A stretch of 37,547 nucleotides of DNA from a virus (taxonomy: Duplodnaviria > Caudoviricetes). Numbering within the stretch: position 1 is the stretch's first letter; each line of letters starts with the position of its first letter. Where the stretch lies: positions 1 through 37,547 of the IMG/VR virus record IMGVR_UViG_3300018080_000343. One strand, 5' to 3'. The position numbers and the translations under genes were made by a program. The notes beneath the pieces are model-generated. The model saw only the letters and a program-made list of their open reading frames with translations. It made no database searches and was not told the DNA's origin. Shown here one piece after another: positions 33,334 through 37,547 of this stretch.

Positions 33334-35496
33334 TTACCATCGGCCTCTTGTGAATTGTCCGGTTGTCGGCACCGCTGCAACTGGGGCAGGCGTCGATCTT
33401 CGCGCCTTGGCGGTCGGTGCCACCTTTTCTATCGTGCGGGTGATCGGCTCCAGACGCTCAATACCTCGCATAATGCGGCCAAGGATCGTCAACGCCGTGC
33501 TGTCCAAATAGTGATTCTGTTTTCGCACCTTCCACCAGCCGAGCCGGTTTTTCTTCCAGCCTTTTTCGAAGCGTTCCTCCCAGATTTCCGCCGTCACCTG
33601 AAACGCAAAGGTCTTGTGCGGCAATCGCGTGTCCGTCTCGAACACCCGAAGCGAGCCAGTGTAGCCCGTTTCTGTGAGAAACCCTGAATGCACTTGCAGC
33701 TTAAATGTGTCAGGGTCAAAAAGAATTACGCCTTCCTTACTGGCGTGCCATCCAGGTCCACCAATGTCCGCCCATTGCGGCCGGCGGTATGGGCTCCAAC
33801 CTTTCGTTGGAATAAATCGGAGCGTACCGACTTCCCGGCAGAACTTCCGCACGGGCTGCTCTTTCCAAGGCTCCTCTTTCCACCCCTCGTCGATCGCGAT
33901 CAAATCGACGTGATAGGGCAGTTTGTCGATCACCTCTGTTTTCCAATCGTGCAAAGCGTTGTAGATGCACAGATCCATTGTTTCGATAGGCAAGCCGGCA
34001 GAATGGAAATCGAAAAAATCGTAGTCCACGATCGAGCCGGCAGCCTCCGAGTTCCACGCGGTAGTGGTGTACTCCAGACCGGCCTTGCGAATGTCGACGC
34101 CGCAGACGATTCCCGTCGCGTCGTCTGGGATCTCCTGGCGTTTCAGCCCGGACCCACACTGATACATGATATGATCTGGCGTCAAAATCAACGGCTGCTC
34201 GGCATCTGCCGGCGGGTCGTTTTGGTGTTCCGTAAGAAACGAATCCATGCCGTTGTCGGCGATGTAGTCGTAGCATTTCTGCAGCGCCGATAAGTGCTCT
34301 GGCTGCTTGTCGTCGAGTAAATCGGTGTTGTAGTCGTGCCCCGAAGACATCTCGCAGCCAGCGTGCATTTTGTCGAATCGTTCCCGCAGAAAATCACGGG
34401 CTTCGCGGGCGTGCTTGTCATGCGGCTGTCGGTTGCGGCGTAGCTCAATATATGTCTCCCACAAATCGAGCCGATCGGGCCATTTGATGATTCGCGGGAC
34501 TCGCTGACCGTCCCAGGATGGCTTCTCGTCCCGGTCGGTGTACTGATAGGCCGCTGAACGCCGGCTAGTGATCGTACAGATAAACACCTTGCCAAGCCGC
34601 TTGTTCGGTCCGCCCAGCCCCGCGACAGTCTTGTCAATGCAATCCTCGATCTTTCCGGCTATTAGCCCTTGTTCGGCTGCGAGGCTGTCTCGGCTGTCCA
34701 GGTCGTCGAGCATAACGAAGTCCGGCCGGCGGTCGTAGATATTGAGCCCCTGAAGCGAATCAGACGAGAACCCCAAGCACATCAACACCGGCCCCAACTC
34801 GGTTTCGTTTTTGGGCAATCCGTACTTGACGGTCGCGTACTTCCCCCGCCCGTCCGGCAGACTGGGCAGCACGACGTGTTGCGGTCCCCACTCGACCCGG
34901 ACGGGCAACCCGCCCCATGTCACGCTGCGAGCCCTCGACGGTGCCGGCGCGATGTAGCGGCAGATCGATGTCTCAAACGGAAAATCCTCGTGCAGCTTTT
35001 TGTTGGTGATAGTCCGCAGCTTTGCCTTAATGTCACGCAAGATCTGTTCGCCCTTGGTTGTCGTGGCTGCGAGAATCAGCGGAAACTTCAGTTGCCGATA
35101 GAGAGCGTACTTGAGTTGGAGGTACTTGAGGATGGTAGACTTCCCGCTGCCTCGCGGCATCGCCATTGCCTTCGATGTGCCGTATCGAATCGCCCGGCCG
35201 CAGTCCTCGATGAATTGCTTTTGAGCGCTGGTGAATGGAGCATAGAACACATCGGGGAAATACGTGCGCAGGAACTTTTGGTCGTCCTTCTCGCAAGCTC
35301 GACGGCGTCGCGGATTCTGAACGATGCGGGCGGGAATGTCGCGACCCGACGACCGCATCTCCCGCTTGCGAATCGCGTCGGCTGCCCGCACTTTGTCGGC
35401 CTGCTCCGCTGGCATCCCCTTGAGCGCAGCCTTCAGTTTTCGCCGTTGCTCCTGCAACTTGCGGTCTGCGGCTCGTAGTTCTTCGATGGTTGGCAT
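33334..35496 (-). CDS. terL: terminase large subunit (GpA-type)
   Basis: Walker A AMPRGSGKST, Walker B VMLDD, FLTEHQNDP, nuclease CGVD, IAIDEG, NHYLDS; start moved to ATG 35496 (TAATG coupling). Confidence 0.9.
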   Translation of the reverse strand: MPTIEELRAADRKLQEQRRKLKAALKGMPAEQADKVRAADAIRKREMRSSGRDIPARIVQNPRRRRACEKDDQKFLRTYFPDVFYAPFTSAQKQFIEDCGRAIRYGTSKAMAMPRGSGKSTILKYLQLKYALYRQLKFPLILAATTTKGEQILRDIKAKLRTITNKKLHEDFPFETSICRYIAPAPSRARSVTWGGLPVRVEWGPQHVVLPSLPDGRGKYATVKYGLPKNETELGPVLMCLGFSSDSLQGLNIYDRRPDFVMLDDLDSRDSLAAEQGLIAGKIEDCIDKTVAGLGGPNKRLGKVFICTITSRRSAAYQYTDRDEKPSWDGQRVPRIIKWPDRLDLWETYIELRRNRQPHDKHAREARDFLRERFDKMHAGCEMSSGHDYNTDLLDDKQPEHLSALQKCYDYIADNGMDSFLTEHQNDPPADAEQPLILTPDHIMYQCGSGLKRQEIPDDATGIVCGVDIRKAGLEYTTTAWNSEAAGSIVDYDFFDFHSAGLPIETMDLCIYNALHDWKTEVIDKLPYHVDLIAIDEGWKEEPWKEQPVRKFCREVGTLRFIPTKGWSPYRRPQWADIGGPGWHASKEGVILFDPDTFKLQVHSGFLTETGYTGSLRVFETDTRLPHKTFAFQVTAEIWEERFEKGWKKNRLGWWKVRKQNHYLDSTALTILGRIMRGIERLEPITRTIEKVAPTAKARRSTPAPVAAVPTTGQFTRGRW

Positions 35497-36305
35497 TAGT
35501 GATGTTGCTGCACTCGCAACGGGTTGTGATACCCCGCAGGCAGATACCGCTGCAAGTCCTTTTTGATGTAGTGTCGGACGCCAAGCTGTTGACACAGCTC
35601 GACGATTTCATGCGTGTAGCTTTCCCAATCAGTGGATTGTGTCATCGGCAAGTAGTTCGCCCGTCCGATTTTGTAAAGATCGACGAACCGAAATGTCCGC
35701 TGGATGATTTCGAGACTGCTATCTGTGTCTAGTGTTGGCTCAAGTGACACCCAGGTGAAAATGCCCGCCTGGTGAAATGCCCGTAGCGTACTGATGCGAT
35801 CACTTGGCAATGCGGCGTTGGGTTCCCATCGGTTACTGAATTCGACATCAAGGCTAGTCAGCGTCGAGGCGAACGCGTCACGACCAGGACGGAATAGGTC
35901 GATATCCCGCAGCGCCCGCGAGCCGCCCTTGGTCAGCGTGCAGACCGCAAGCCCGTGCCCCTGCAAAATGCGGATTGTTTCCGATGTCAATGCGGTGTCG
36001 CCCGGATGATAGGGGTCGGTCGTGAAGCTGAGCATTACTTGCTCGGTGATCCCAGCCACCCGATACTTCGCCGCATCCTTCTTTAGCTTCGCCAGAAATC
36101 CCGGCCGCTCTATGGCTCCAGCGTCGAATTCCGACCGCGACATGCGGAGCACTTTCGGAACATAGCAGTACTTGCAGCCGTGTCCGCAGCCCCGATATGG
36201 ATTCGTCGCCAGCGGTGCATACTCGCCAGCTTGACCACGTGGGGCGTAGATCATCGAACAGTTCTTGACGGATACGCCGTCCGGGTTCAGAATGACGTTA
36301 GACAT
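35496..36305 (-). CDS. radical SAM protein (SplB/Rv2578c-like)
   Basis: NPYRGCGHGCKYCY (CxxxCxxC), LSFTTDPY, LTKG, WEPNA, TWVSLEP. Confidence 0.9.
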   Translation of the reverse strand: MSNVILNPDGVSVKNCSMIYAPRGQAGEYAPLATNPYRGCGHGCKYCYVPKVLRMSRSEFDAGAIERPGFLAKLKKDAAKYRVAGITEQVMLSFTTDPYHPGDTALTSETIRILQGHGLAVCTLTKGGSRALRDIDLFRPGRDAFASTLTSLDVEFSNRWEPNAALPSDRISTLRAFHQAGIFTWVSLEPTLDTDSSLEIIQRTFRFVDLYKIGRANYLPMTQSTDWESYTHEIVELCQQLGVRHYIKKDLQRYLPAGYHNPLRVQQHH

Positions 36306-36945
36306 GCTCGGTTACTCCTGATAACTGAGGGTGTTCAGACTCGGCCGGGGTACCATCCCGGCCGCTGTCGTTTAGGGGCTCCAGCCGGATGCCGAAATAT
36401 CTGGCGTTCCCGTCTGAAACCACCTCGACAGCTTCCTTTATTGTAGCATATTCAGACGCCACCCACAATAACCAATCCGTAGCTTGCCGCGTGATTCCTG
36501 CCAAAACAGTCTTGGGGGCAAGCCTGAGGATTGAATCGTGGATACCGACAGCCCGCATTGCTACCCTGTCGAATTGCTGGAATCCCGCCGATATGACCCA
36601 TGACGACGTAAGAAATACCGTTGTGGGCCGTGATAAATTGGGGATCATTGCCTCCCAGTGCTTCCAAGGACTGCCGTAGGTATCCACGTCCACCACGTTC
36701 TGCGGCCAGCCGGGCTGCTGAAGAATCCGCACCGAATCCAACTTGAGCCGGCCTTTCTTCGGTTTCAGGTCCACCCCCCAATACGAGTTGACCGCGAATT
36801 CTTCCCGCAGTCGCTTCCAGATCAACCCACCGCCCTGGCAACAATCCAGCACGTCAGGCGGCTGCTCGGCGTGATACTTCCGCAGGAAATACCGCCGCAA
36901 GTCTAGCTTCGCCTTCAAGTCGTGGTTGTCGGTTTTCTTAGCCAT
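36298..36945 (-). CDS. SAM-dependent methyltransferase-like protein
   Basis: VLDCCQGGG (motif I), YWGVD, VVDVDTYGSPW (DPYG-like); start moved to ATG 36945. Confidence 0.65.
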   Translation of the reverse strand: MAKKTDNHDLKAKLDLRRYFLRKYHAEQPPDVLDCCQGGGLIWKRLREEFAVNSYWGVDLKPKKGRLKLDSVRILQQPGWPQNVVDVDTYGSPWKHWEAMIPNLSRPTTVFLTSSWVISAGFQQFDRVAMRAVGIHDSILRLAPKTVLAGITRQATDWLLWVASEYATIKEAVEVVSDGNARYFGIRLEPLNDSGRDGTPAESEHPQLSGVTEHV

Positions 36946-37495
36946 CGTTGCTTGTCGTTTCCACGATGCTTTCCTCAATCCCAGCGATCATTTCGACCAC
37001 TTCAGCCACTTCGCCCCATCGAACAGTGGGAAGCCCGATAAGCGCCCATGTCATTGCCGGTGGTGGTTTGGTAGACAATTGCCGAAGTTCGGTTTCCTTC
37101 TCCTCTTCAGCACCGCCTAGCAGCGTTTCTAGCCAGTCGTCGCTGTCGATTTCCGCAAGCAACTCCGACAGCTTCGCGTCATCTGTTTCCGCCATCTCCG
37201 CCAGCGGATCGAGCGCCGCTAAAAGTTTGTTGGCCTCGTCCTCGGTCACGTCGAGTACCAGACACGGCCATTTCGTCGAGCCATCCAGGTCCGCCCGCAG
37301 ATGCCCGTCTATGATCTCCAGCGTGCCGTCTGGTAGCTCACGGGTGAGAATCGCATCGGCAATGCCAACCTCCGCCAGGACGCCCCGCAGGGCATTCTGT
37401 TGTGCCTCTGGGTGGACCCGCCAGTTGCGCGGATTTGGCCGCAACTCGCTGGCCTTTACCCGTCGCAGACTTTTGATTCGGTCTCGTAGTTTCAT
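36938..37495 (-). CDS. ParB/sulfiredoxin N-terminal domain protein
   Basis: ELRPNPRNWRVHP...IIDGHLR signature. Confidence 0.88.
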   Translation of the reverse strand: MKLRDRIKSLRRVKASELRPNPRNWRVHPEAQQNALRGVLAEVGIADAILTRELPDGTLEIIDGHLRADLDGSTKWPCLVLDVTEDEANKLLAALDPLAEMAETDDAKLSELLAEIDSDDWLETLLGGAEEEKETELRQLSTKPPPAMTWALIGLPTVRWGEVAEVVEMIAGIEESIVETTSNDG

Positions 37496-37547
37496 GACTA
37501 CCCCAGACGGACGGACTTTGTTGCAAAAAAACGCACTACGCGGACAG

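Overview
The window is most of a tailed dsDNA phage or prophage genome, almost entirely coded on the minus strand. The GC-rich composition and gene families suggest a Planctomycetota-type host (inference). From right to left it carries: a ParB-like/methyltransferase-like/radical-SAM cluster; a GpA-type terminase; a lambda-like head module (portal, S49 protease-scaffold, DUF2190-like decoration protein, major capsid); neck, tail tube, tail chaperone, tape measure and tail-tip genes; a small regulatory switch (about 19.0-19.6 kb); recombination/replication genes (HNH, 3'-5' exonuclease, RecT-like, SSB-like, RecD2, ERCC4, MazG, primase-helicase, putative origin); and a papain-like protease/membrane-protein cluster. 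The main find is a compact, cas1/cas2-less type V CRISPR cassette of about 3.1 kb (about 10240-13325) that splits the recD2 gene in two. In transcription order it holds a structured putative tracrRNA with two anti-repeat segments, a 168-aa unknown coiled-coil protein, a translationally coupled 381-aa Cas12f/TnpB-like protein that appears nuclease-dead (no RuvC-I Asp; no C-terminal Zn finger or RuvC-III), a small separate Zn-ribbon ORF, and a 13-spacer array that ends at the start of the RecD2 helicase half. The primase-helicase also appears split inside its Toprim domain by a small ORF. All family calls come from motif recognition by eye; no database searches were run.
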